Assembly: GCF_964355755.1 (NCBI RefSeq)
Contig: NC_092674.1
Span: 10,106,001 to 10,170,000 of the forward strand
Reading direction: 5' to 3'
Origin: Antedon mediterranea
Taxonomy: Eukaryota > Animalia > Echinodermata
DNA length: 64,000 nt
Shown here: piece by piece, positions 13,248 to 27,387 of the stretch
How positions within the stretch are numbered: the first letter of the stretch is position 1
Layout of the letters: every line of letters starts with the position of its first letter
Notes under the pieces: model-generated
The model's database searches: none
The model's input: only the letters and a program-made list of their open reading frames with translations
Told to the model about the DNA's origin: nothing
Program-made: the position numbers and the translations under genes

Positions 13248-13372
13248 TGTTTACACTATCAAACTAGTTTGACAAAAAAAAGCCAAAAATGGTGTGATAT
13301 GCCCAAATATGGTAGTGATATGACATCCATATATGGACACATTTTTTTTCACGTAAAGTTTGATAGTGTAGA
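13248..13372. mobile_element. Short MITE
   Basis: Inverted repeat TACACTATCAAACT ... AGTTTGATAGTGTA. Confidence 0.55.
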
Positions 13373-15129
13373 AAGAGATTTAGAGATGTTTCTTGAGCAT
13401 CAAATGTTATTATTGTTCACATTCTAATGATAAAATAAATAAAAATGTATGTTTATATGACGTAACTCATTTCTGAGAAATAAATTATAGTTAAATTCAA
13501 TAATCCTGTTTTACGATGTTTTGTGAAGTTAGTGGGAATTTGGGATACCGGTACATAAAAATGTTTATATAATCAAACCTTGATGTGTATGACTACAATA
13601 ATAAGCAAAAAAAGTGATGGTTGTTGACCTTCCTTTGCTGTCTTCTACGAAGTGGGGACACAGCTCCACGCCTCCTCACAACATCCTGGACCCACTCCTG
13701 TAGTAGTAGTAATGAACACACTCGGCCTAGCATTCTAAAGATCCCTATTTATTAAGCACCTCTTAATTACTGAATTCTAAAATATGAGCACAACCTAGGG
13801 AATATATAAGCCCACTTTTAAAATTGACCCTTGTCAAAATTGTTTGCTAAAAGATTAAAGTGAAGGCAAGCTTTGGTTTACATTGGTGCATCCGATAAAA
13901 AATATCTTGAGGGACGTTAAGTGCCTACATAACACTGTAAATACAAAACTGAAATTAATAGCCTCATTTCTGGTGATATACCATTTTTATATGTTTAGTT
14001 TAATGATGTATGGTGTGCCAGACAATTACGTCACATATTCTATTCGGTTTTCATTAATCATTAAACAACCACAAAATAGTTCATGTGGGAGTTCAGATAT
14101 GGACACTACAACCATAGGAAGTATGTATGGTATATAGTATAGTAAGCTATTGATATTAACTGCCACAGACAATGGCTAGGCTAATAGGGATTTAATTAAC
14201 ATACAATAAAAAAAAATAGGATTTATATTAATAATGTTTTATATTAAATATGCTAATGTGGTAAACCAATACTTTAGGTTTGAGTTTGCAACACATTTGT
14301 GACCATGGACAAGCCGTTTAGGACAAGTGACCAATGAGCCTAAAATGTTTGACCACCTGAGCATTTTGGGTAATGTTAACATCGACAACCACCCATTTGA
14401 TTTCAATTACAGGTTTTTAATAAAAGGAAAAACAGGCCCTCAGATAATATTTATGATTCTGTATTAAGTTGAAAAATTTTTTCTCGAATATTTAAATCAA
14501 GGTATCGAATCCTAGATTTTGTATCCAATATAAATTTTTTCTTCTGATTGCTCTTAATGTTAATTAATAACATTAATGTGTTTAATGGCCAGGCCTAACC
14601 TACCACTACAAGATAAGTGTTTGATTTATGTAATATTTTTCACGCTGCTGCTCTAGCCAGCTACAGTACGTCCCATGAGGACTACTCATTCATAAGCTAA
14701 AGCAAGCAGCAGTTATAGTATCTAAGGCCAACAGTTTTGCAACTTTGTAAACTCGACTATAATTTATAGATCCCAGTTGCTGGACCCAAAAAACGTCTGG
14801 GAAAAGAGAGTCTTTGAGAGCTCACGGTTGAAGGATTTTGGATTCTCGCGCTTTGATTGGTTGACGCGAATCAACAGACTGGGAGGGAAGAATTTTCGTG
14901 AAGTCACGTTGTCTCTAGGGGGTATTCAGTGGCATGCCAACAGGTTGAGGTCACACACATACACACACAGCACATTAAAGTTCAAAATTTACCATTTTTA
15001 AATAATGGGCATGTGAATCCATAATTAAAGAACTATCTTTGATTTGTATGTATTTTTTGCGATTAAAGGACATCTTTTTAATAATTAATCATAAATATAT
15101 CTGAAGAAAGAACAATAATTAATTTTAAA

Positions 15130-15201
15130 ATGTCGAGCAGCGTTTTTTGTAAGAAATATTTCTTTTTTACATGTGTTTATGGTTGGAAGCAATGTATTTC
15201 G
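15130..15201 (+). CDS. Candidate alternative first coding exon C (MSSSVFCKKYFFFTCVYGWKQCIS)
   Basis: AAAATG start, 24 open codons, TCG|GTAAAT phase-0 donor; CpG-richer promoter-like segment with ATTGG box at 14780-14960. Confidence 0.4.
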
Positions 15202-16434
15202 GTAAATCTTACTGGCAAAACCTGCTTAGGAGATTACTGAATATGTATATGAGACATTTAAAAGCATTATTGTATCAGATTTGATAACTTGAGTAAACAG
15301 ATTACCTATTGATTTGGATAAAATCTGATCAACTGCCTTCCGTGGCTTTACAAATATTATTGAACAATATTTCACTAGGCATTGGTTCATTAATCACTTT
15401 AGTAGTGACATTTATTCATACTTAGCTTAAGGTTTGAATAGTTTGTTTACATATGAAATACAGATTATGATACCTCAGCAGAACTCCTACCTAGTAAAGG
15501 GACACCTTCCAGACCCACCAAAGTGTCACAATAGTGTTAAAATATAATTCCGATTCTTTGTTTTAACGGAAAATGTCTCCTCCTAAAAGAGGGTTGTGTT
15601 GTACAGTATATAATAAGAATTTACTTCATTAGTAGGGAACACTTTCCTTTTTTTTTAAAGTAGATATACTTGTTTATATTTTATAAATCTTGTAAACTTT
15701 TTGTAAAACAAATTTGGAATGAATTGAAATCTTAGAATTAGGCCTTTTAACCAAAAAAAGGCAAAACAAAAAATAAAATTATTATTGTAAATATTTGGCT
15801 TAATAGCACAAAACCTTATGTTAATTTGTGTAGTGTTGAAGGGTGCAAACGTTCAGAAATCTATTAATTCTATGTAACGATATATTATCCTAGGAATTTG
15901 AAATACTGTTGAATTTTAAATTCTACATCAATATGTTGCATTATCAAAAGTTTACATGATGCATTTATCAATAATTAATTTAGCCAATAGCTGAATAATA
16001 ATTTTCATTCAAGAGAAACATTAAGTTTCAGAATAAAATGTTTTCCATGAGGGATATTACTTCTTGTATGATATTGTAATGTCCTTACAATCTAGCTCTT
16101 AAATGAACTGTTTAAAAAAACATTATTTTTAGATCAGAGTTTATTATAATATGATTTTCATCTCAGATGTACAGTAATTTAATTATCATTTTGTAAACAG
16201 AGGTAGTTTGATGACTTTATAATCAATACTGAAGTTGAAGTATAAACTTTCCCTACGGCAAGAAAAATCTTGATTATTAAAATGTAAATGTAAGGTAAAA
16301 TGTCCTGCCATGAACTCAGTATAATGTTCAACTGTTTTGCTATGAACTTCGAAAAAAAAACATGAAGATTTATAGCAGCATAATATATAGTTTTATATTG
16401 TGTGAAGATTTTGTTTTTTTATATGTAAAAAGTC

Positions 16435-16595
16435 GGAGTTGGATAGCCGAGTGGTTAGGACACTTGACTGTCATACAGATAGACCCGGGTTCGATTCCTG
16501 ACAACTCCCAGTCCACTCAGCTGTACCTAGGTGAAAATACTAGGAGGAAAAAGCTTATTCCCCTACGTTCAGAATGAACACGGGACTCACCTTAT
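16435..16595 (+). mobile_element. tRNA-derived SINE, copy 1 (internally deleted)
   Basis: A box TAGCCGAGTGG, B box GGTTCGATTCC, body CAGTCCACTCAGCTGTA; homologous to the copy at 18058. Confidence 0.85.
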
Positions 16596-18057
16596 ATGTA
16601 ATAAAAATAACAACAAGGCCTAGCTTATGAGGCAAAAACTAACAACAGCTAAAAAAAACATCTAGTCTAGATGTTTTTTTTAGATTTTGTTAGTTTTTGC
16701 CTTATAAGCTAGGCCTTGTATTTATTTTTCATTTTATCAATCACATAAGTCACCAACTATTAAAATATATATCTCCTAGCAGATTTTATCAACTTGTAAA
16801 CAATGTAAATGTAAATACAATCCTACAATCAGTAAACTCTCCTACTGCACACACTAGCCTAATGTGTCTGGTATTCCGATGGTGTTTTTAACAGTAAAAC
16901 AAATTTAGACCTCAAGAAAAATCTGGTTTTCAGAGAATTTTGTATGAGTCTGGGTATTGGGAGAGTTGACTACCATATTGGCACATTCCACCAAAATAGA
17001 AACAAATCTGAAAAATAATGATTGATAAGATCAGCAAACCTATACACTATTTATTTTAAACATTAGAAAGTAGCTAGCATAATTCATTAAACTAGTTTTG
17101 AATCATAGTTCCATCGAAATAGTGTGGGAAGGATCACTTCCTCAGTTCCAAACATGGAAGTGGACAGTAGAATCCACTGGTTCCGCACAAACTAATAGAT
17201 GGGCTTACCAACACTTGACAATAAGGACCTACTTGTGTCAACCCGCATTCATATTTCCTGAGGTTCACCACTTGTGCAATTTAAGCAACGGAGCAATTTC
17301 AAATCGCATTCTATTTTTAACAAGATTTTTGTTACCTTTTTTGAATGTTGAATAAATCATGGAATATAGAAGTATTTTCCTATTCATTATACATTTGAAT
17401 ATGAAACCTTAGTTATTCTGTTTGAAAAGGTACACTACCATTAGATAACTGGGGTTTAGTTATTATATTAGCGGTTTTCCGTACCCTATAATCAAGTAAA
17501 ATATACACACTGAAATATAATATGTCCACAAGACAGAATCTCAAAAGATGTATTTCATACCAACCATGGATAAAGAGAAACTCCACAGACTAGAAGTTGA
17601 AATATGAACAAGATTACTGTTTATGCAAAAAAAAATATAAATTATTCTTCAATCAAACTAGTTTATTCAATAGTTAATTTATCTTCATAAAGTATATATT
17701 TTTACAATTTGAATTTATAGTGTTATTGATGATAGCTATCAATTACATATTGTTTCATAGTACAAAATTATATTCCAATATTCAATTTCGTTTAATATAC
17801 TATAATGCATTTTATTAAAAGTTTGCTTATTATTAAAGGCTTTGAAACAGCACTATAGAATAAAAATGACACTTTCACATGTATACAAATTTTAAGGAGG
17901 TGTAGCAATTGTATCTTTCCAGTTTCCTGATTCTAATCTTACATCCTATCCAGTTAAGGATATCCACCATGTATTAATCGTCCTTAATATGCACTTTATA
18001 TATATAATGATTCATAATGCAAATTGCACCAAGCACGTTTTCAAGGAATCTCCTTAA

Positions 18058-18293
18058 GGAGTTGGATAGCTGAGTGGTTAGGACACTTGACTGTCATACA
18101 GATAGACCCGGTTCAATTCCCGACAACTTCCAGTCCACTCAGCTGTAAATGAGTACTTGGTTGAAAATACTAGGGAGAAAAAAGGCGGCGTGGAAAGAAA
18201 CTGGCTACCCTACCACATAATGCCGAGGCTTAGTACAATGAGCTCCTAACAGCTCATTCCCCTACGTTCAGAGAACACAGGACTCGCCTTTAC
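18058..18293 (+). mobile_element. tRNA-derived SINE, copy 2 (more complete)
   Basis: Same tRNA-like head; central CCACTCAGCTGTAAATGAGTAC; shared 3' CCCCTACGTTCAGA. Confidence 0.85.
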
Positions 18294-21200
18294 AAACTAC
18301 AGACTATCAGTGGATCAGGTGATCAGTACAATGTCCTTCTAATAGCAGTGATTTGTTTTGATTGTACTACTGCTGTTGTTTACTACTGTACGATTGTAGG
18401 CCTATGTTAAACAATTGGGGGGGGGGGCAGGTTCCCCAGTCCAAAGTTCTTGCTTTCATCACTTTAGACCCCATGTTACAATAAAAGAAATACTGCCTTA
18501 TTATATTAACACACAACTCAAGACAAAATATGCAGTAGCTGAATGCAAACTTATGTTGCATATTTCTTTTAGAAACGATCGCTTGTTTTACAGCTTTGAA
18601 CATATCTATTTCAATTTTTGCTATTAACATCTCTTATTTCAAATGAAAAAATATATCTATAATTCAAGATCATATCAACTTATCACAATGTCCTATTAAA
18701 TAATGTTATTCAAGATCTACAAACGGTTGTAGTATTAGATGGTGATATGGTGTGAGAGTAATGTAATGAACAGGACTGTGTCATATTCTTGTATCCTAAG
18801 GCAAGATGTTTTATTCTCGTATACAGGTGGAGGAAAAATGGCAAAATCAGCACTGTGGTCATGTTACAAGAGTAGTCAAAACAATATAGATTATCTGATT
18901 AAAATCCTAGAAAGTAGGAAAAATGTAATGTGAACCTAACATGATCATATATGATATACATGATGATATTATGAACAACTTAATCACCCTAACATACCTT
19001 TGGGGGTGGGGGAGAGAACTTGATAAATTCAGAATCAACCAATCAGTATTTGATTTAGTATTTTACATAATTTTATTGGTATGGCGCAGCTTTCATGCAA
19101 CAAGACACCTCATTAGCAATAAATAGATCATGATATGATTTTTATGTGGATCGTTTCTCATGTCAACTCATCATGATATAAGAAACAATACTTTATTATG
19201 AGCATGCCTATTGCCTCATTGTTGTGATGGACGTCCCTAGAGGGCCTAACCCACATTTCCAGAAAAGGACCATATTACATATGAAATACACACGTCACTG
19301 TATATGAATGCTAATACTTGAAGGCATGTGAAATTTAGTTGAGTGGCTAGAATATAATGTATTGTTTTAGTTTATGTTGGAAAAATCAAGTATAGAGGGC
19401 ACATGATCTGATGCTAAAATTATTGAACTACAGTATAAGAGAACTTTAAAATGGAATATGTTTTCAGTGGGCCTTTCATACTGGGTTATTGGTTTTGACA
19501 TCTTGAACTAACACTCCTACTATCCCTTGATAAGGAGATTGTCATGATAATGTGCATTTTGTAATGTAATTTCTCATTTAACCCTTAATAACATGTACAC
19601 TGCCTCCCTTGTGTATTCTACTCCTGCTAATTCCTTGAAAATGAATACCATCTTCATTCAGGTAGTTGCACTGTATGTGTTCTATTCTAAGCTAATAACC
19701 GAAAGAAATATGATAACGACTCCAGCTAGAAACTGACGTCAAATGGTTGAACAACCTCACAACAAAACAACGGATGCAACTAATAAAGGGTTGATATATT
19801 CCCATCTTACTATAAAAACCTTTATAAGTTGTAATTCAGATTTTTTATTAAATTACTTTTCATTTTTTACCTACTTAAGACATTTTAATAACATCAACAA
19901 CATTATTTTTACAATTGAAATCATCAGTAGAATTGTTTTTAACAACCTTTTTCATTTTGATTTCAGTTTTTGTTTTAATATTTATCAAATGATTACATTA
20001 TAAATTTATAATGCAAGTTTAAACAAACACAAAAAAAAAAATTATAAATATATTCTTCTGGCTGTATCTGTTTCCATATTCATATAAAATTATTTTGTTC
20101 AATAACATTTTCATTCGTAATTTATTTAAAGCTCCTATGTATTCATCAATTTATTCATTGTAATACATTTTTTTTACATTCATTATTTTTTCCTTAATTT
20201 AATCATTAATATTATAATTTAATTAATAAAACATTTTTTACTGGGTAAAGTAGGTAATGTTGAACCCCAAACTAAATACTAACAGCTTTCGTTCCCATCT
20301 CCATTTCATATTAATAGCGTTTGGCCACTCCTCACAAAAAGCAGTACCGTATGTCTTCGAAACAAAAGTACACAAATCCACTGTGTATTTTGTTAAAAGA
20401 TTAAGTGATTTTATATTGTTGCAATAACCCTGGTTATACAACCATAACCTGAGAGCACTTGATTCTTAAAACATAAGCAAATAATTCAGTCTTTATTTTA
20501 ATCGGAACCTTCTGGTTTTACGCTTTGGGGAAAAACTTTTATAAATCTTTTAACCTTTACTTATAAATGTTGTTTTGAGTAGCCTTTGGGGATTATCCAG
20601 TAGCATTTAAAAAGAGATGCTAAATTCTCTACTTTGTGTAACTGATCCATGGTTTATCCACAAAAGACACAAGTTCTCTGAACCATACAGCCTTTCAAAT
20701 GTCAGTTTTATTTACATGTACCTCTTAGGATAAAGAGCCTCATCGAACCTCAAGTGAACCTAAGAAGGTTTACTGAATCTTCTTGCTAATAGAATTATTG
20801 ATGTAATACTTTAATAACATTCTTATCATATTTTTTTTAAGTATCTATTTCTTAACAGGTGTTCACTTCTATTACCTATGAGATTCACAAAATATTATAA
20901 TTTTATTATGATTTTATATATGATTTTCATAGAATAATAATATTAAATGATCTACAAAACAATATAAAAACATTTATAAAGACCTGGAGGAAATTTGACT
21001 AAAAGTTTATTTGTTAAACAAATTAAATAGGTAATAAACCATCCAGATTTTATGTGGTCTGATGGTTATGCTATACTGAGAAGTACTGGTTCAAATCAGG
21101 GGGACTACAAAACCTAAACTGCCCTGAATGCTCAAGGGAAATTCAGGTTTAGTATGGTGTAACTTGGGATTTGAAAATGCACATGTTTACATGCAGATAT

Positions 21201-21481
21201 TGTATTGAACATCTTATTAATAATATTATAACATTACTTTCAAATTTCATTTCAGATTACATTATAGGGTTTTATTGTTTTCCATAAAAGGTGAAAAATT
21301 ATCATGAGCTAAGTGTGATACTGTTACTTACTGTTATTTACCATTTCTGCTGCTAATATCTAGTCTTAAAAGTACACTTTAGCAAAGGGGGTTGTGGGTG
21401 GGGAGTGGTGGAGATAGGTTTACGTCTCACTATAGTCTATGGACTACAATAGTCACAGTCAAAAATGCGAAAATCAAATAC

Positions 21482-22583
21482 AACTAGATTTGAACTCGTC
21501 ACTTTGACGAGTTAGTTATCCGCACGACAAACGCCACGCGCACGTCATACGTTGGAATTTTGCACACGGAAAAAGATTATGGCATTATGACCTGAACTGA
21601 AGAATATCATATGCTGTAAGTGCTGAATTCTGTCAATTTTGTGTCATATAGTATAGACAGTGCAAACGGTATAATCTGTAAACATGTTACATACAGTGTA
21701 GAATAGGTGAAATTACGGGACCCCCCGTTTATTCTTATTTTTAACATGGTGACGGTATCAAAATGAAACACTAAGATAGCAATTTCGGAAGGACATTATC
21801 TCAGCAACCACATATTAACGTATAGAAGAAATTTGAATACGTAAAATATAGATGCGCGCCCTTTTAAATGTGATGAACTATTACGAAAAATATGAAAATA
21901 CGACTTTTTTTATTCAACTGGCCATATGATGATGTCACAACATCCGATTGGCAAAATGTTTACATGAATTCGTATCCACAATCCAATAGCTTCAGAAAAC
22001 GTTTTAATCATGATTATCACGTTTTATTCTGACGAGCTATAACAGATTGAAATTTACTGTAAAGATGAAAATAAGTGACCCACGTTATTTTCATTTTTAG
22101 ACATGATGACGTCATAAAAATTAAAACATTTTTAACTCGTGCGAAAGATAGTTGATTGACCTAGATAATATAAAAATCGGGGTGAAAATGGAAAACAGAT
22201 AATTGGAGATGCGCTCTATTAAATGTGATGAGCTATGATGAAAGATACAAAAATCAAAAAAAGTTAGCGCATGATATAAATTAAACTTTTGCAAAGTTTC
22301 AATTTAAAATGTTATTTGGTTTTTGACCTATGTTAAATACGCAAAATTCATAAAATCGCGCGTAAGTCGCGTTACGCATTTCTGACGTCATTCACAATAG
22401 GAGGTGCACAACTTCACGTAAATGCCCACATGGTGACAAAGTTATAAAATGTTATATCTACAAGTTTTTGAGATACACGTGACACAAAAATGACAGAAAG
22501 AAAGAAGAATAATACAGGAAAAAAAAAAAAGATGATGAAACAGGACAGTTAAAAGGAGTTATCCGCTGAATGCGGATAACTAA
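21482..22583 (-). mobile_element. Helentron-associated (HINE/DINE-1-like) non-autonomous element
   Basis: subTIR TTAGTTATCCGCA (21512) / TGCGGATAACTAA (22571-22583); short IR AGTTATCCGC..GCGGATAACT at one end; hairpin AACTCGTCA-CTT-TGACGAGTT plus CTAG at the other; A/T-run insertion site. Confidence 0.75.
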
Positions 22584-24614
22584 AAATTCCTTGGGTTTGG
22601 GGTAAACTATGAAGAATTATAACATAATCAAGAGGTTAATAGCCTCTACACAATGTTCATTCTATCATACAATAATATAGGCCTACTATGTGTGAAAGAT
22701 AGCTAATTTATAATGAAACAGGTGCAGAACTTAGGGCAGCCTACATTATGTAGTTTTTAATGTCAAGTATGGTAGCGTTGGCAAGGAAATAGAGTAAGAA
22801 AGGTATGCTGATAATAGGTAAACGCGGCATCATAAAAAACAAACTTGTTGAGTGATGATGATGAATCAGGCAGGATGGGATCCGGTTTAATTCCCGTTTT
22901 CCTGAATGTCCTTCAGCGTTCTGAAATGTTTTTCTCGTGCCTGGCATTTGGTCGAGGTTTGCATAACCAACTCTCCTTTGAGGTTTGTAACTGTTTATGT
23001 TGTGGTTTGAACTAATGACCGGGACATGTGCACATTTTAATATGTACAACATTTTGTTTATTTTTCTGTAATGATAATACCAATCAATGAAAAGGATGTT
23101 GTTATGAAATAGAAAGAGACAACAAATATGTTTGGGGTTTCAGAGGTTGAAAGTAATAACATCCGGAACAATTGTAAGCATAGTTTCACAGGTTTTGATG
23201 GATAATGTAATAAATTTGACCAAAAAAAATGATGTATTGCAATTACTTGGAAACTTTCAACAGGATTCATGTTTACAAAACTTGAGGTTCAATTCCAGGG
23301 ACATCTTTCCCTAACTCGGTAATTAATAATTTTTAACAAGGTTTTAATGTCTGTTTGGTTGGAGGCTGAAGGTAACAGGCAAATTTGCAGTGTACACACC
23401 GGCCCTTGTGGACTGTAGTGACCTTTTAGATATGAAAAAAAGGATTTTATAAGAACTAATACTACTTTTGCGTGCCATATCATTGTTAGTGTCGTTCAAT
23501 TCATTCATTCATTCATTCATTTATCTTTTTATTTCGGAATATCATGGTGACATAATATTATATCCATAGCAAAAGAGAGAAAAAAAAAATCTTAATCTAA
23601 CAGCCTCATAGAACAAAAACAAAGATATGTAAATATATAAAGTCAATGCAACAAAGCATTCACTGATTGGATTTATTTGAGGATGTTTCAGTTCTTTGGT
23701 GCCATGCAGCATTTCCCAGGTGCTAACTTTTGTAAACACAACATACTCCATGTTTGATAGGCAATCAGTACATTTGAAATGCATTGTGGTTAGTTGCAAT
23801 TAGAACAGGCTTATTAAAGGTTTTAGCATTCAGAAAAATAACAATGATGATATTGTTGTTTTCACACTGGACCATATCTTCAATTTCAACAAACAAAATA
23901 ATTTTTTCCCCCAATTTTTTATTTGAGATATTTTACTTTAAATTAGTGTTTAAGCCAACACCCAAGTAAATGAAATAAATGATTGATTGTATTCATTACT
24001 TGACATTAACTAAAATATTACTTTACATTCTTATGGAAGGTTACGTTTGACAGTTGAAATTCTGTATTAAAGTTTAATGCATACATAATCAATTTGATAT
24101 GACACTTTTGAATGATGGATAGAGAGAGTGAATTATACAGTAGTATCAGTATTCATATTTTTTTTATGAATAAACGCACGGTATTATTTTTTTTAAAAGA
24201 GCTGGGACAATAGATTGAATGACATTTTGACAAAAATGTGTTTGAGAAACATTAGGTGGGATTACTCGAGTACTGTATTTAGTTGTATGCTAAACATAAA
24301 ATTATATACGTAATATTTCATATATCTTTTATTATCTATTGCAAGATAGCTATTTTATGAATTCCTTTGGAGGGGGAGGGGGGTGGAAAAAACCATTGAT
24401 CAGCATACAAAAACGATTTTTGAAACGTATGATTTATTGTACGTATCTGAGAAATTATTTTACACATAATATTTGTCATATGTTGATAAGTTTGCGGTAC
24501 ACCATGTATGTTAGTTCTGAAAAGAACTGTTGAGTTTCTCAACTTTTCAATCAATTGTCATATAGATACTGTGTTAGCTATTGAAAAGTAATAACAATAT
24601 ACATTTTTTTTTAG

Positions 24615-24768
24615 GGAAATAGCCAATGGTCAAGTGTTAATGGTCGAAGTGTCCAATTATCCGCCACGCCACTTCAACAAATATCAGACATTGAATTTAA
24701 CCAACTTCAGAAGATATCTTTACACAAACTTCAAGCAATAGACGTCGGACATGTCGCCATTCCTAAAG
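24615..24768 (+). CDS. ARHGAP6: ARHGAP6-like RhoGAP, shared exon 1 (GNSQWSSVNGRSVQL...HVAIPK)
   Basis: AG/GT boundaries, phase 0 to 1; resembles the vertebrate ARHGAP6 segment GDFTWNSMSGRSVRL...ITIPKD as recalled; absent from the ORF track. Confidence 0.88.
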
Positions 24769-26526
24769 GTTTGTAAACATTATATATTTGAATGGAGTGG
24801 CAGAGGGGCACAGGTTCAAGACTCGCCACAAGCATAGTTCTGGTGGTAAAACAAGTGTTCACTAAAGGTCTTAAAACTGGGCTGGCTTCTGTGTACTGGT
24901 CCGTCACTGCCCCGGTCATTGTCACACAGATGAATGAGCACTCTTTGGTGGCAGCAGTACTGCGATCCACTGTGATATGTAGTTCATTGCACTTTGAGTT
25001 ATTATATAAAGCACATTATAAGCATTTTGATCTGCTTAGAATTGTGCTATAAGCAATATTATATAATGCAGTTTGAACCCAATCAATCTACTACTACTAT
25101 TTTTGTTGTCTCTTGAATTAAAAATAACAATTTGTGGACTCCCAAAGACAGTTGTCCAAATGTCAATTTCCAAATTAATTTTAATTTTGACCAATTCTGT
25201 ATTAACAAATTATATTTTTTTCAATACATCTAATCCTACACAGACTGTAATTAATAATCTATGATTATAAATAAAATGTCATCATTTTGTTTTTAATTAA
25301 AAACCAAGGCTTAAATATAATCTGTATACTATTTGTTATATTGAAACAGAGCCTTGTTCTACAGACAATCTGTCTATAGGACTTTAAATTCAAACCTAGT
25401 TTGCGTTTTATTACAAATAAATGTTCACACTTTAGGGATTAATGGCAAATTGTCACAACAATGATATATTTCATGACATGACACAGTTATGTTGTTGGCT
25501 CTAGATTAGAATTTTTAAAAAAAGATTTAGTGTCAGAAATTTAAAGTATAAAATATTTTACTGTACATAACTATACGTTATGAGGCAGATCGAGAGTTTT
25601 GTTGGTTATGTTGAAAAAGTGATGCATAGCGAAAAGAAAAATTACAATTAAAATATTTTTCAAAAGATTAAACTATACAGAGATACAGTGGTACAAACAT
25701 TTATAATAACAATTATTTCCTCTAAAAAATAGTACATTGACAAAATTAAGTGGGGGGTTAGGTCCGGTTTCATGAATTCACCTATAGTATGCACAAAAGG
25801 TTCTTCGAAAAAAAAATGTGTACAAAAATTCAATGTAGATTGCATCTTAAAACCTTTTTTCTGATTTTTATTTTAGTACGCTTGTGTATACAATATTAAC
25901 AAATGAGATTTCAAGTTTTGAACATTAATGTGATATGTTGCACTTTACAACACTAAATTTGATTATTCCAAGCATACATTTTAGTTGTTAATGTCATAAG
26001 AATCTGTATAATGTGCTGTATAGTAGCATTTTCCCCCATTTTGATTTTCTTTTATTTATGATAATGTACTTTTTATGGCAATTAATGTACTGTATTTTAA
26101 TTAAATTCGATAAAGGAAATAAATTTGATAAATGAGCATTTAAGCATATGCTGGCTATACATCTCAGTCATACAGGAGAAATGGTATAAGGTTGCAGGGT
26201 TCACAAAATTCACAAATATCTCAAGTACTCCTTCCAATTTGGTGTCTACTATATTATATATATCCTGAATTGTTTTCCTTTTGAAACACTGCATCAGAGA
26301 GAAATACACTGTATCATGCAACACCAACATTCTGGGAATTTCTTTCTCATTTTTTTTTTCAATCCAAGGAGGAAAGTCAAGAAACTTTTAAACTGTTAGT
26401 TTCATGTTCAGGATTTTATTGTTTTTCTTTTAGGGTCTACTTAGATTAGCAATGAACCAAACATGAGAATGATGAATTTTGTATATATTGAATACAACTA
26501 TTTGTAAGATTTGATGAGGTAGAATA

Positions 26527-27080
26527 CCGTATTTTCCGGAGTATAGGTCGACCCCAAGTATAAGTCGACCCCCAACTTTGGCCTAGAATATCGTTGATTT
26601 TGGTATGACCTGAATATAAGTCGACCCCCCAAAATCGGCTAATAACACAACTTACTTTAAAGTTCAAAGAAGGCTAGAAATGTATGAAATGTGGTTGTTT
26701 GTTTATATTATTAAAGTGTAGGCCTAATCAATATTGGACGGACGTAATGACGACGACTTCGCCGCCGTCTTCACCAGCCTATAATAAATTACAGCGATGT
26801 AGCGTTACTTGCCATCAGCGATGTTTTTCGCGTCACTCGAATAAATTAAAACGAGTTTTCCGTTAGGAAGCTTATTAATTGTACAGGCGAGTAGTTGTAA
26901 ATCGCGTTATCTGTAAATGTACACGCGCCCGACTAAGGAGAATTTATTTTATGAATAGACATGCGCAGTAATTGTAATTACGAACAAACAAACAAACTGC
27001 GCATGTGTATAGATGAAAATATCGCGCAATTACAAACATGTTTTCCCACAAAGTCTCGACCTATACTCCGGAAAATACGG
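26527..27080. mobile_element. Tc1/mariner superfamily (Tc2/pogo-like) MITE
   Basis: TIR CCGTATTTTCCGGAGTATAGGTCGA / TCGACCTATACTCCGGAAAATACGG; TA TSD; subterminal TATAAGTCGACCCC repeats. Confidence 0.9.
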
Positions 27081-27148
27081 TACAGTATATGAAACTGGTC
27101 AGATATTTTCTTAGAAGCAACAATACAAATGTACTAAATTTAATCAAA

Positions 27149-27206
27149 TTCAACCCAGTAGTACTATTTCAACCCAGTAGTACTATTTCAACCCAGTAGT
27201 ACTATT
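27149..27206. repeat. 18-bp unit x3 (TTCAACCCAGTAGTACTA)
   Basis: Read directly; unit 18-19 bp. Confidence 0.85.
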
Positions 27207-27335
27207 AGGGGATTAAATTTTAGAAATTGTATCAAGTATTCTATAAACCTCTTGGGGAGGAATTTTATATGAAATGAGGGTCACAACTCAAGTATTGTAA
27301 GCAAAATTAAAACAAACATGACCCAGTATTGTGAA

Positions 27336-27387
27336 GTTACCTAGCAACAAAGTCATCCTTAGTGGCTGTGTGCTGTTACATAGCAAC
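27336..27387. promoter_or_regulatory. Pair of RFX X-box-like motifs
   Basis: GTTACCTAGCAAC (27336-27348) and GTTACATAGCAAC (27375-27387). Confidence 0.45.

Noticed and set aside
16435-16507. tRNA-Asp(GTC) gene (also at 18058)
   Set aside because: Imperfect stems and followed by a shared SINE body in both copies
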